A stretch of 64,000 nt of DNA, from the sequence record DRR378314_1044. One strand, given 5' to 3'. The translations under genes were made by a program, and so were the position numbers. Every line of letters begins with the position of its first letter. Positions within the stretch are counted from its first letter, which is position 1. Shown here piece by piece: positions 1-9,898 of the stretch. The notes under the pieces are model-generated. The model saw only the letters and a list, made by a program, of their open reading frames with translations. It searched no databases and was not told where the DNA came from.

Positions 1-27
1 GTGGTTCGATTCCGCCCCCGGGCACCA
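1..27 (+). tRNA. 3' end of tRNA, probably tRNA-Phe (truncated by window start)
   Basis: GTGGTTCGATTCCGCCCCCGGGCACCA: T-arm GGTTCGATTCC, acceptor strand and encoded CCA. Resembles alphaproteobacterial tRNA-Phe; anticodon not visible. Confidence 0.85.
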
Positions 28-49
28 TTTCCAGTGAAATCGCGTCTCC

Positions 50-682
50 TTAAGCTGCCTGTTCTCCTGAATTGCTCCTCTGGGCAGATGCCTCCAGAAC
101 CCCGGGCTCATCCCAGGCACCTTCGGGTCGGATAATGAGGTACGGGTCCTCAAGCATCTGAAGTGCCTTAGGATGGCGTGGGATGAATATCTCGATCTCC
201 CGATACTCATAATCGGAGAACCAGAATGGAGCTCGGCCATCTATCAAACGACACCTGAACGTCCGCGACCAGACTGGCCATAAGCGCGCTTGAATCTGCC
301 CGATCATTCGTTCGTATCCCTTGCGGGCGACCAGCTCAAACGCCGTCGCGAGCAGTACACGCAGACCTGGTCGGCCGCGTTGGCAGGGCAACAATACGAT
401 GCGCTCAAGCTTTGCGAAGTCAGCAAACCATCTGATCCGCAAAGTTCCGACCGGCCGCCCCTTCGCCTTTAACAGGAAATGCGTGGCGCATAGATCGTTG
501 CCGTCAAATTCTTCTTCATAAGGGCAGTCTTGCTCGGATAGGAAGACTGCGGCCCGAATGGCGCTAACCTGATGATATTCATCAAGCGTTCTGACCATCT
601 CCGCCGTGTAAGACAGGTAGGCTTCCGGCGGCACGGGGCGCAGCAATACTTGCTCTCCGATCCGATTGCGCGCCCCAGTCAC
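50..682 (-). CDS. GNAT family N-acyltransferase (ElaA/YjcF-like)
   Basis: IRAAVFLSEQDCPYEEEFDGND..ATHF, VGTLRIR..FAKLERI..QRG motifs; ATGA overlap with upstream ORF. Confidence 0.8.
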   Translation of the reverse strand: MTGARNRIGEQVLLRPVPPEAYLSYTAEMVRTLDEYHQVSAIRAAVFLSEQDCPYEEEFDGNDLCATHFLLKAKGRPVGTLRIRWFADFAKLERIVLLPCQRGRPGLRVLLATAFELVARKGYERMIGQIQARLWPVWSRTFRCRLIDGRAPFWFSDYEYREIEIFIPRHPKALQMLEDPYLIIRPEGAWDEPGVLEASAQRSNSGEQAA

Positions 683-1257
683 GAAGCCTGGTCCATCAGC
701 GTTTGGAATGGCGGCTGCACGTATAAATCCGGAAGCCCGCCTTCAAATTTCTGAAAGCCCAGACTTTCCATCGACCGGCGACCGTCTGCCGTCGCGCCGC
801 GCGCATATGCGGGAAATGCCCCGAACATTTCAACGCGCAGGACCGCGGAAACGGTCATGATCTTCTTTCGTGCCTCGTACGTCTTGCCCGCATAAACACC
901 GACGTAAAACGCCGAAACACACCGTCCCATCTTGGACAAGTGCGCCTTCAGGGGTTTCGCAGGATTGTATGAACCGTCTCGCACAGCGCTTTCTCCTGCC
1001 TCTGTCAGGGGCAGCGTGAGAAAAATTCCGTCGACAGGATCACCAGTGACCCAAGCCGTCATTCCCGTCCAATTGTTCATATCCGCGATAGAATCAACGG
1101 AGGCCAGCTTCCCGTCGATTAGTTCTTCAGCCATCGCTACGGCCTGGCCGAGCTCGCTGCGTGTGGCCAATCTGAACCCGAAGTCGCCTGCTCGTCTCTC
1201 GAAGGCCAAAGGATCCACATTCGCAACCACCATTTTTCTAGTCTGCGTTGCATTCAT
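679..1257 (-). CDS. Hypothetical protein, probable degenerate GNAT fold
   Basis: 192-aa ORF, GGAGA RBS, C-terminal ARGATADGRRSMESLGF resembles GNAT motif B; coupled to GNAT gene. Confidence 0.65.
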   Translation of the reverse strand: MNATQTRKMVVANVDPLAFERRAGDFGFRLATRSELGQAVAMAEELIDGKLASVDSIADMNNWTGMTAWVTGDPVDGIFLTLPLTEAGESAVRDGSYNPAKPLKAHLSKMGRCVSAFYVGVYAGKTYEARKKIMTVSAVLRVEMFGAFPAYARGATADGRRSMESLGFQKFEGGLPDLYVQPPFQTLMDQAS

Positions 1258-1321
1258 GAAATTTCTCCATTAGATGGTTAATTTCCATGACACAGTTTCA
1301 GGCGGGCGACTTCGGCACAGA

Positions 1322-2275
1322 ATGAAACGGGGGCTTTCACACACGATAGGCGGTGAAGCGCCGTTCGATCAGTTCGATTGGGACAGGCTGCGTGTGTTCA
1401 GGGCTGTGGCCAAAACGGGCAGCATGAGCGCCGCTGCAATCGTGTTGGGCGGCTCATTGCCGACCATCAGCCGACGGGTGACCGATCTTGAAACTGCGCT
1501 CCAGGCGGAACTGTTCCAACGGAACCATACCGGCGTAGACCTCACCGATGCCGGCCGAACATTGTTGCGTCACGCGGATCTAATGGCTGACACAATTCAT
1601 GCTGCCCAAATAGAGGTCGGCTCTGTGGCAAACGACGTCGGACGTGCAATCCACCTCGTCTGCAATGAACCACTGGCTCAATACTGGATTGTGCCGCGAC
1701 TTGCAGAATTTCAACTACTGAATCCCAAACTCACAATAGATGTTTCAATCAGCAACTCATCGTTAGAATCGCAGGACCCGGCCTGGGACATTTCGATCCA
1801 GACGTGTCGCCCCAGAAACCCGGACCAGATTTCACGCCGGATAGGCCGCTCCCATTTTGCAGCATTCGTTTCGTCCGACTGGAAATTATCGAACGGGACT
1901 CCCGCATCGGTTTCCGACTTAACCCAAGCGCACGCGCTCGTGCATGCGTCCTACGCCTCCCAACTGGAACAATCCCGTACACTGTTCCCGGGTCTGGATA
2001 TGATGCGCCGTATGAACAGCATGGAAGCGATGATCTCGTTCTGTAGCGCTGGAGTATCCCCCGCCATTCTTCCAACGCATATCATACATCGGTATCCTGA
2101 CGTCATTGCCTGCCCCATCCCCGGTCTTCCCGCCCTGGATATTTGGCTCACACAGTCTCCGCGTTTGCGAAGAGTGAAAAGCGCCGATGGGTTTCTTGAT
2201 TGGCTTGTGGGGCTGTTCTCACCAACAGAAAGTGATTGGTTCCGGCAATTGAATGTCACATTGAATTTAGGCTAG
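1322..2275 (+). CDS. LysR family transcriptional regulator
   Basis: FDWDRLRVFRAVAKTGSMSAAA..LPTISRRVTDLE..LFQR HTH plus effector domain; start uncertain (1274 or 1322). Confidence 0.92.
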   Translation: MKRGLSHTIGGEAPFDQFDWDRLRVFRAVAKTGSMSAAAIVLGGSLPTISRRVTDLETALQAELFQRNHTGVDLTDAGRTLLRHADLMADTIHAAQIEVGSVANDVGRAIHLVCNEPLAQYWIVPRLAEFQLLNPKLTIDVSISNSSLESQDPAWDISIQTCRPRNPDQISRRIGRSHFAAFVSSDWKLSNGTPASVSDLTQAHALVHASYASQLEQSRTLFPGLDMMRRMNSMEAMISFCSAGVSPAILPTHIIHRYPDVIACPIPGLPALDIWLTQSPRLRRVKSADGFLDWLVGLFSPTESDWFRQLNVTLNLG

Positions 2276-3312
2276 GCAACGAGGCCTTGCTGTCTCGCCG
2301 CCCGTTCACGAAGCACCATTGGCGTTCCAAACAATTGCCGGTTAACGCCGATACGTTTGAACCAATAGTGTAGCCCGACTAAATCCGTGAACCCCATACC
2401 ACCATGCACCTCAGTTGACGTGCGCGCGATAAATGTCGCCACGTCAGACATGTGCGCCTTCGCGAGATATGCCATGGTGATCGCCTCGTCGTCGTTCTCG
2501 TCAATTGCGTGCGCGGCATGCCAAAGCAAGGCACGACATGGTTCGAGCTTCGCCGCCATTTCGGCGCACAGATGCTTGACGGCCTGAAACGATCCGATCA
2601 CACGGCCGAACTGCTCACGCTCAGATGCATACACCACGGCCTTGTCCAGCATCGCTTGAGCAGCGCCGAGCGTGTCCGAAGCGATCAATACAGATGCAAC
2701 CGCAAACACTTGTTCGACGTCAGCAGTCTTTGCGTCCGGATCGGCGCCCGCGACAGCCACCTCAAAGAATTCACGTGTCCGGTCAATAGTTTTAACAACG
2801 CTTGTCTCGTCAGGCGCGCCACAATGAATCGCATCATCCGAATAGAACAGAAGATGCGTTGCATCGCGTACATTAATAGCCATGAGCGATTTCCCGGTTA
2901 CCGACGTGCCACTAACCTGTATACCGGAGGAGTCCCGGCGGGAAACAACATCGTTCAAAGCCAAACCAAATTTGGCAGCACCGGACGCTATATTACCAGC
3001 AAGTTCCGAACCGCTCGCGCCAAAAGCATAAGCCGCTACCGTGTTTGCCAGAAATCTAGACTGCACAAGTCCGTACCCGAAACACTCTTGAACAAGAATG
3101 GCGTCAAGAACCCCGAGTCCTGAACCGCCCTCTGGTTCAGGAACCAGTAATCCATCCAAACCCAACGCGGCGATCTTTTCGTCCAGAACATTCTGAGCGC
3201 CGCTCTCTTGGTCCGCAATTGCGCGAATTGTATCCAGGGAGGCCTCATCAGCAACAAAACGCCGGATAGTTTCCTGAAGCATCACCTGATCTTCTGAGAG
3301 TCCAAACTCCAT
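2272..3312 (-). CDS. Acyl-CoA dehydrogenase (short subunit)
   Basis: MEFGLSEDQ, REQFGRVIGSFQAVKH, VHGGMGFT motifs. Confidence 0.92.
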   Translation of the reverse strand: MEFGLSEDQVMLQETIRRFVADEASLDTIRAIADQESGAQNVLDEKIAALGLDGLLVPEPEGGSGLGVLDAILVQECFGYGLVQSRFLANTVAAYAFGASGSELAGNIASGAAKFGLALNDVVSRRDSSGIQVSGTSVTGKSLMAINVRDATHLLFYSDDAIHCGAPDETSVVKTIDRTREFFEVAVAGADPDAKTADVEQVFAVASVLIASDTLGAAQAMLDKAVVYASEREQFGRVIGSFQAVKHLCAEMAAKLEPCRALLWHAAHAIDENDDEAITMAYLAKAHMSDVATFIARTSTEVHGGMGFTDLVGLHYWFKRIGVNRQLFGTPMVLRERAARQQGLVA

Positions 3313-3316
3313 AGCT

Positions 3317-4510
3317 TTATCCTCTCACCAATTTTGGTTCACGCGGCATTCCAAGACCGCGCTCAGAGATAATATTCTTCTGTATCTGGGCTGTGCCCCC
3401 ACCGATGATCAGTCCAAGGTCGTACATGTATCTCCATTGCCAGCTTCCGCCTGCACGAAGATGCTCACCCTCCTCATAGAGCACGCCAAGTTCCCCCAAC
3501 GCATCGATCGCCAGCCCCGCGATCTGATGATTGAGTTCACAACCCTGCAGCTTAACAATCAGCCCCGCAATTCCTGCGGACTCTCTTTTGAGGCGATTGG
3601 TCATGATACGGAGCCCATTGGCTTGCATGGCGTAGACTTCAGCCTGCAAGGCCATCAATCGATCCCTCAGCACCGGATTGTCGATCAAACGCTCTCCGTT
3701 GACGGTTTCCGACTTCATCAGTTCGACCAGTTCAACAAAGCGAGCTTTCGTCGCGTTGGGGTCCCCCAACATGCCCCGTTCATGGGTCAGCGTAGCATTG
3801 GCGACCTGCCAGCCCTTATTGACCTCGAACACCACTCCGCTTTTCGGCACGCGCACATCAGTGAAGAAAACCTCGTTGAAATTGGCAGCGCCCGTCATGT
3901 CTACGAGCGGACGAACTTCGATACCCGGAATATCCATCGGGAAAAGAATGTAGGTTATGCCATGATGTTTTTTCGCTTCAGGATCGGTTCGTACCAAACA
4001 GAAAATCATGTCGGCCTGTCGTGCGGTAGACGTCCATATCTTTTGGCCGTTAATGACGAACTCGTCGCCATCTTCGACCGCACTTGTTCGCAGCGCAGCC
4101 AGATCCGATCCTGCTCCGGGTTCGGAATATCCCTGACACCAGATCAGTTCTCCCTTCAGCGTTCGCTCTATATAGGCTGCTTTCTGCTCCGGCGTACCGA
4201 GCTCCAACAAAGTAGGAACCAACATGGATATTCCTTGTCCGGCAAGCGGTCTTGGCAAACCGGATCGCGCAAACTCTTCAGCAATGATGCGAGACTTCAG
4301 AATATCCGGTTCAGCGCCGTACCCCCCATACTCAGTTGGTATCGTCCTCGCCGTGAGCCCTTCCTTTATCAGAAAAGCCTGCCAGGCGAGTCGTTTCGGA
4401 TGCTTCAGTCCCTTGTCGTTCGGTCCGGGCGCAAGGTGGGCATTGGTTTTGAGCGTTTCCGCGACATGGTCACGAAATTCGGCATATTCGGGGCTAAGTG
4501 TCAGGTCCAT
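3317..4510 (-). CDS. Acyl-CoA dehydrogenase (long subunit)
   Basis: WCQGYSEPGAGSDLAAL, NGQKIWTS, FNEVFF, GGGTAQIQKNII; start MDLTLS at 4510. Confidence 0.93.
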   Translation of the reverse strand: MDLTLSPEYAEFRDHVAETLKTNAHLAPGPNDKGLKHPKRLAWQAFLIKEGLTARTIPTEYGGYGAEPDILKSRIIAEEFARSGLPRPLAGQGISMLVPTLLELGTPEQKAAYIERTLKGELIWCQGYSEPGAGSDLAALRTSAVEDGDEFVINGQKIWTSTARQADMIFCLVRTDPEAKKHHGITYILFPMDIPGIEVRPLVDMTGAANFNEVFFTDVRVPKSGVVFEVNKGWQVANATLTHERGMLGDPNATKARFVELVELMKSETVNGERLIDNPVLRDRLMALQAEVYAMQANGLRIMTNRLKRESAGIAGLIVKLQGCELNHQIAGLAIDALGELGVLYEEGEHLRAGGSWQWRYMYDLGLIIGGGTAQIQKNIISERGLGMPREPKLVRG

Positions 4511-4622
4511 GAAACAAGTCTCGAACGACTTCCCCAAGGTCCGGCAACACCAAAATTGAACTGAGTCTTGCACACCGTAGCGTAAAGCTGGCTAGCTGAG
4601 TTTCAATAAAGGAGGACACTCA

Positions 4623-5387
4623 ATGCCCGTCGAATACAAAAAACAAGGCAATGTCGCGATCATCACGATGAACCGCCCGGAAGCGCGCAACGCAATCAAT
4701 GGCGAAATGGCCAGCACAATGGAAGCCGCCATTGACCAAATGGAGGCGGATCCGGAGGTCTGGGTGGGCATTCTCACCGCTGTCGGCAAGGCATTCTGTG
4801 CAGGCGCAGACCTGAAGGAAATCTCTGCAGGTAATGGCGCAGCGCTCTCCACGAAGAAGGGTGGCTTCGCTGGCATCGCGCGTCGTGAGCGCACAAAGCC
4901 GCTAATTGCTGCAATCACCGGTTCAGCGCTGGCTGGCGGTACTGAAATCGCCTTGTCCTGCGACATGATTGTATGCGCCGACGATACGAACTTCGGCCTT
5001 CCCGAAGTGAAACGTTCGCTCGTTGCAGGTGCCGGTGGTCTGTTTCGTCTGCCCCGCGCAATCGGACGGGCTGTTGCACTCGAAGCGATCTTGACGGGTG
5101 ATCCACTTCCGTCTCAACGCGCTTGTGAGCTTGGTATGGTCAACAAGGTCGTGCCAGAAGCTGACGTGATGAAAGAAGCAGAGGCACTGGCTGCCAGGAT
5201 CACAGCGAACGCGCCTCTTGCGGTGTCTGCAAGCCGCGCCGTTGCTATGGACGCTACCAGCAAGAGCGATAATGAGCTCTGGAAGGACAGCGGCAAGGCG
5301 TTTGCCAGCATCGTTGGCACAGAAGACTTCAAGGAAGGCCCCAAGGCCTTTATCGAAAAGCGTGCACCCGTCTGGAAGGGTCGTTAG
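4623..5387 (+). CDS. Enoyl-CoA hydratase/crotonase
   Basis: NRPEARNA, AFCAGADL, GGTEIAL, FGLPEV; AGGAGG RBS. Confidence 0.93.
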   Translation: MPVEYKKQGNVAIITMNRPEARNAINGEMASTMEAAIDQMEADPEVWVGILTAVGKAFCAGADLKEISAGNGAALSTKKGGFAGIARRERTKPLIAAITGSALAGGTEIALSCDMIVCADDTNFGLPEVKRSLVAGAGGLFRLPRAIGRAVALEAILTGDPLPSQRACELGMVNKVVPEADVMKEAEALAARITANAPLAVSASRAVAMDATSKSDNELWKDSGKAFASIVGTEDFKEGPKAFIEKRAPVWKGR

Positions 5388-6620
5388 TCAAGTATTCTCA
5401 GCATTGTTGAGCCACCGGACTGCGCCGCGCCCCGCTGCGCGTCCGGTGGCAAGACATGCCGTGAGCAAATAGCCCCCGGTTGGCGCGTCCCAGTCCAGCA
5501 TCTCGCCGGCGAAAAACCGTCCGGGACGATGTTTCAGCATGAAGTGGTCATCCAGCGCCTCAAAGGATATTCCGCCATCCGTCGATATGGCTTCATCCAG
5601 AGGAAAAAGGCCGATGACCGGCACGGGCAAGTGCTTAATCAGACGGGCAAGTTGATCTGGAGCTTCAGCCGCTTCCAGCCCGCCGAATTCGAAAAGCAAT
5701 GCCCGTTTCACTCCGGCCAGGTTCAGCGTCTTGCGAAGATGGTTGGACAGGGACTGTTTGCCTCGCGGCCTTGAAAGGCGGTGTCGAACGTCTTCAGGAG
5801 AAACATCTGGCAGAAGATCAAGATGGATCGTGGCCCCGCCTGCGCGCTCTAGCGCATCGCGAACGCTGAGAGACAGGGTGAACACAGCCCCGCTTTCCAT
5901 ACCACGCGAGGTAATCACGAACTCCTCCCGGCTTGATTGGTCTTCGAAGCGCACGGCCACATTCTTGACGGGCGCGCCCGCAAATTCGGCTTGCATCCTG
6001 TGCGACCAATTGATCCTCAGGCCGCAATTCGACGGGCGGAAGGGCGATACAGGAACGCCCAGTGTTTCAAATGCCGGGAGCCACGAACCGTCTGACCCCA
6101 GCCGTTTCCAACTTGCTCCACCCAGCGAGAAAATCTGGGCACGACACGGGATACTCCTTTGCCCGTCCGGCGTGAGGAAGATGAGTTCGCCGGACTCTTC
6201 CCACCCGATCCAACGATGACGGGTATGCAGTTCCACACCTTTGCCTTCCAGACGTGGCAGCCACGCCCTGAGCAGGGGTGACGCTTTCATCTGTTCTGGA
6301 AAAACGCGCCCGGTCGGACCGGTCAGCGGCTGAACACCCAGCTGTGCCATCCAGTCCTGAATTCTGGATGGGCCAAAGTCCGTGACGGCCTGCAAGAGGC
6401 GCTGGGGTGCGTTCGGATAGACTGCCGCAAGGTCTGCATCGCTGGCGACATGGGTGATGTTCAGTCCACTCTTGCCGGCCATCAGGAATTTCCTGGCCGG
6501 GCTGGGCATGGCCTCGAACACAGCAACGCGGCGCCCCGCATCCGCGATCATTTCCGCCGCCATGAGTCCGGCAGGTCCCGCGCCAATCACAGCCGCATCG
6601 AGCGGAGCGTCAATCGTCAC
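5388..6620 (-). CDS. BaiN/HI0933-like flavoprotein
   Basis: VIGAGPAG FAD motif, RKFLMAGKSGLN, GEMLDWDAPTGGYLL; GTG start at 6620. Confidence 0.88.
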   Translation of the reverse strand: MTIDAPLDAAVIGAGPAGLMAAEMIADAGRRVAVFEAMPSPARKFLMAGKSGLNITHVASDADLAAVYPNAPQRLLQAVTDFGPSRIQDWMAQLGVQPLTGPTGRVFPEQMKASPLLRAWLPRLEGKGVELHTRHRWIGWEESGELIFLTPDGQRSIPCRAQIFSLGGASWKRLGSDGSWLPAFETLGVPVSPFRPSNCGLRINWSHRMQAEFAGAPVKNVAVRFEDQSSREEFVITSRGMESGAVFTLSLSVRDALERAGGATIHLDLLPDVSPEDVRHRLSRPRGKQSLSNHLRKTLNLAGVKRALLFEFGGLEAAEAPDQLARLIKHLPVPVIGLFPLDEAISTDGGISFEALDDHFMLKHRPGRFFAGEMLDWDAPTGGYLLTACLATGRAAGRGAVRWLNNAENT

Positions 6621-7362
6621 GATCGACCCGGGCCTTGCCGCGCCCCAGCGCCAGCGCCTTGATCGCGCCACGGAACGTCTGCACCTCCTGGCGTGTCCAG
6701 TCGGCCCGGATCAGCGCGGCGCGCAGATTGTCCTTCATCAGCGGCGTCTTTTCGGGCGGGAAGAAGTACCCCGCGCGCGCCAGTTCGTCCTCGAAATGCT
6801 CAAACATGCGGTAGAGTTCATCGCGTGGAGCCGGTTCGCCCAGTTTCGCCTTGTCTTGAGAAATCACCCGGTCCGCATCCTCGCGACGCTTGCCCCATTC
6901 AGCGCAGAAAACGCAAACGGCCTGGGCGAGGTTCAGGCTCTTGAAGTCCGGGTCCACCGGATAGGTCATCAGAAAGTCCGACACAGCCACCGCATCATTC
7001 GGGAGGCCGGACTTCTCCGCCCCGAACATGATGGCGGACTGGCCGGCGCCGAGACGCTCGAACGCGGCGTCAGCGGCGTCGGCAGCGTCGCCCACGCGCT
7101 TTTCGATTCCCCTCAGACGCGCCGTGGCGGCGGCCAACCACATGATGCCCTCCAGCGCATCCGGGAGGTTCTCGAAAACCTGCACCGTGACACCGGCCTC
7201 GAACGCGCCAGCGGACATTGTGTCAGCCGCCGGGTTCGGCCAGCCGTCGCGCGGCCTGACGAGGCGCAAATCAGTAAGACCGAAATTGCGCATGACGCGC
7301 GCGGCGGCACCGATATTCTCGCCAAGCTGCGGCGAATGGAGAATTATTGCAGGATTTGACAT
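6610..7362 (-). CDS. trmJ: TrmJ/LasT family SPOUT RNA methyltransferase
   Basis: PQLGENIGAAARVMRNFG, FGAEKSGL, SLNLAQAV. Confidence 0.85.
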   Translation of the reverse strand: MSNPAIILHSPQLGENIGAAARVMRNFGLTDLRLVRPRDGWPNPAADTMSAGAFEAGVTVQVFENLPDALEGIMWLAAATARLRGIEKRVGDAADAADAAFERLGAGQSAIMFGAEKSGLPNDAVAVSDFLMTYPVDPDFKSLNLAQAVCVFCAEWGKRREDADRVISQDKAKLGEPAPRDELYRMFEHFEDELARAGYFFPPEKTPLMKDNLRAALIRADWTRQEVQTFRGAIKALALGRGKARVDRDD

Positions 7363-7425
7363 GCAGCCTCCAGTGCCCATTCAGCCCCGGAACGTCAACA
7401 AGCATCGCTGCCCTTACCGGGCCAT

Positions 7426-8352
7426 CTATTCGCAGGTTAGTCGAACGAGGCGAATTTGATTTGGGAGTGTTGCATAGGAGGGCTCCATGAACTTCTGAGT
7501 TTTGCCGTCAATCGTGATCAGCTCGGCCCCACCCCACTCGTGGCCTTGGCTTTTAGCATGGATGTACAGAATCGATGCTCGATCAAATTCCGAATGGGGC
7601 CCAAGCTTAACACCTTTGCGCTCGCCGGGATCCAGCGCAATCACGAAGGGAGACGCCCGTTGAAAGTTTGGAGTCTGCAATGCGTATTCGATCTCCAGCG
7701 CCTCCTGACACCCATTTTCGACATGAAACCTTATCATCCCGGCATTAATTGCAGCCTCGACCGTTCCCACTTCTGGAACATCAGGCGACTTCGACAGATC
7801 CGAAGACGGTGGAAGTGAAGCGGATTGTCCGGATGCCCCATCTTGCGCGGCACCGGGAATTCGTTCGAACGTTTCGGGGTTCATGAAATCAGGTACGCCG
7901 CCTGATTTTGCCTGCCGCGCCGGATCGGAATCGCGTGGCGAAGAAACGAACGGAACGAAGCCACCTCCTACCTTGGGCAGAGGGGCGCCCGGAACATACT
8001 CATTTTGATACAGCATGCTGCCAAGGCGTGCGGAGTCGCAATCTGGAACCTTATAGACACAGTAGGCGATCAGACCGATGCCGCCGACTTTTTTCATGGC
8101 ATCCGTGCGGTTTTCCCATTTCGACATGATGCGACCTGCAGGCACCCATTTGGAAAAGCCGTCATCTTCCTGCACCTTTACCCGGTTGCCCGCTCGATCA
8201 ATATCGATGATCAGCACCGGCGAGTTTGTGACCATGCCTTCCAGATATACTTTCTCGTATAGACTCAGATCATCAATCGGATAGCCAGTCGCCGATAAAC
8301 TAATCCCAAGCCACAGACTTAGGCCTGCAAACAGAAATCTTGAAATCACCAT
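7426..8352 (-). CDS. Secreted hypothetical protein (SH3-like N-domain, Pro-rich linker, DUF1036-like C-domain)
   Basis: Signal-like MVISRFLFAGLSLWLGISLSATG; long ORF filling the gap; C-terminal FHVENGC...WGG...RLTCE. Confidence 0.6.
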   Translation of the reverse strand: MVISRFLFAGLSLWLGISLSATGYPIDDLSLYEKVYLEGMVTNSPVLIIDIDRAGNRVKVQEDDGFSKWVPAGRIMSKWENRTDAMKKVGGIGLIAYCVYKVPDCDSARLGSMLYQNEYVPGAPLPKVGGGFVPFVSSPRDSDPARQAKSGGVPDFMNPETFERIPGAAQDGASGQSASLPPSSDLSKSPDVPEVGTVEAAINAGMIRFHVENGCQEALEIEYALQTPNFQRASPFVIALDPGERKGVKLGPHSEFDRASILYIHAKSQGHEWGGAELITIDGKTQKFMEPSYATLPNQIRLVRLTCE

Positions 8353-8499
8353 CCCGGCGTCCCCCATCCGTCGGTCGATCAAACACTTTTTGGCTGAATG
8401 ACAGCTGAACCGCCGAAGTGCCAAACCGCTCTTTTGACGCGGGCCAAACACCTGCTATAGCCGAGCCCAAACCGTTTGAATGGCAAAGGAAGCATGCAC

Positions 8500-9720
8500 A
8501 TGGCGAAAATCAAGGTCAAAAACCCGATCGTCGAGATGGACGGGGATGAGATGACCCGGATCATCTGGCAGATGATCAAGGACAAACTGATTCACCCTTA
8601 TCTCGATGTCGACCTGAAATATTACGACCTGTCGATCCAGAAGCGCGACGAAACGGATGACCAGATCACCGTCGATGCGGCCAACGCAACGAAGCAGTAC
8701 GGCGTCGCTGTCAAATGTGCGACGATCACGCCGGACGAAGCTCGCGTTGAGGAATTCGATCTGAAGAAGATGTGGCGCTCGCCAAACGGCACGATCCGCA
8801 ACATTCTGGGCGGCGTCGTCTTCCGCGAGCCGATCGTGATCTCCAACGTACCACGCCTTGTACCAGGCTGGACCCAGCCGGTCGTTGTCGGCCGTCACGC
8901 ATTTGGTGACCAGTACAAGGCGACAGACTTCCTTGTGCCGGGCAAGGGCAAGCTGACCATGAAATGGGAAGCATCCGACGGCTCCGACTCCAAGGAATTT
9001 GAGGTCTTCGACTTCCCGTCCTCCGGCATCGCGATGGGCATGTATAACCTCGACGAGTCGATCCGCGACTTTGCCCGCGCCAGCATGAACTATGGCCTGC
9101 AGCGCAAATGGCCGGTTTACCTGTCGACTAAGAACACGATCCTGAAAGCCTATGATGGCCGCTTCAAGGACATCTTCCAGGAAGTGTTCGACAATGAGTT
9201 CGCTGACAAGTTCGCCGAATTCGGCGGCACCTATGAGCACCGCCTCATCGACGACATGGTTGCGGCAGCCATGAAATGGTCTGGCGGATATGTCTGGGCT
9301 TGTAAGAACTATGACGGCGACGTGCAGTCCGACACGGTCGCTCAGGGCTATGGTTCGCTTGGTCTGATGACTTCCGTTCTGATGACGCCGGATGGCAACA
9401 CAGTGGAAGCTGAAGCTGCACACGGCACGGTGACGCGTCACTACCGTAACCACCAGAAGGGCGAAGCGACGTCGACCAACTCCATTGCCTCCATGTTCGC
9501 CTGGACGCGTGGTCTCGACCACCGTGGCCGCATGGACGACACGCCGGATGTGCGTGCGTTCGCTCAGAAACTGGAAGAGACGATCATCAAGACCGTTGAA
9601 AATGGCCAGATGACCAAGGACCTCGCCCTGCTCGTCGGCCCGGACCAGGAATGGCTGACGACCGAAGGCTTCATCGAAGCGGTGGACAAGAACTTCCAGG
9701 AAGCCATGTCCAAATCCTGA
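8500..9720 (+). CDS. icd: NADP-dependent isocitrate dehydrogenase
   Basis: [41 protein letters not shown]. Confidence 0.98.
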   Translation: MAKIKVKNPIVEMDGDEMTRIIWQMIKDKLIHPYLDVDLKYYDLSIQKRDETDDQITVDAANATKQYGVAVKCATITPDEARVEEFDLKKMWRSPNGTIRNILGGVVFREPIVISNVPRLVPGWTQPVVVGRHAFGDQYKATDFLVPGKGKLTMKWEASDGSDSKEFEVFDFPSSGIAMGMYNLDESIRDFARASMNYGLQRKWPVYLSTKNTILKAYDGRFKDIFQEVFDNEFADKFAEFGGTYEHRLIDDMVAAAMKWSGGYVWACKNYDGDVQSDTVAQGYGSLGLMTSVLMTPDGNTVEAEAAHGTVTRHYRNHQKGEATSTNSIASMFAWTRGLDHRGRMDDTPDVRAFAQKLEETIIKTVENGQMTKDLALLVGPDQEWLTTEGFIEAVDKNFQEAMSKS

Positions 9721-9745
9721 TCCCTGCAGGACCAGATTAAAGTTG

Positions 9746-9773
9746 AGCCCCGCAGGAAACTGCGGGGCTTTTT
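9746..9773 (+). terminator. Rho-independent terminator after icd
   Basis: AGCCCCGCAG-GAAA-CTGCGGGGCT-TTTT. Confidence 0.88.
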
Positions 9774-9778
9774 CGTTG

Positions 9779-9898
9779 TCACAGAAGGTATTTCAGCACG
9801 AACCATGCGCCGAAGACAATGCCCAGCAAAGGTATGAGCGCGATCAACCAGACAGGCCGCGCCTTGACGTTTCCCAGGCCGTCTTTCTTGTCGTCCAT
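9779..9898 (-). CDS. 39-aa single-pass membrane microprotein MDDKKDGLGNVKARPVWLIALIPLLGIVFGAWFVLKYLL
   Basis: Below ORF-track cutoff; TGATG overlap with gmk stop, GGAGAGG RBS, clean hydrophobic helix. Confidence 0.7.
   Translation of the reverse strand: MDDKKDGLGNVKARPVWLIALIPLLGIVFGAWFVLKYLL

Noticed and set aside
1-2275. Integrative element at tRNA-Phe
   Set aside because: No integrase and no duplicated tRNA 3' end noticed in the window
8455-9522. 355-aa antisense ORF over icd
   Set aside because: Shadow frame of a codon-biased high-GC gene; no motifs
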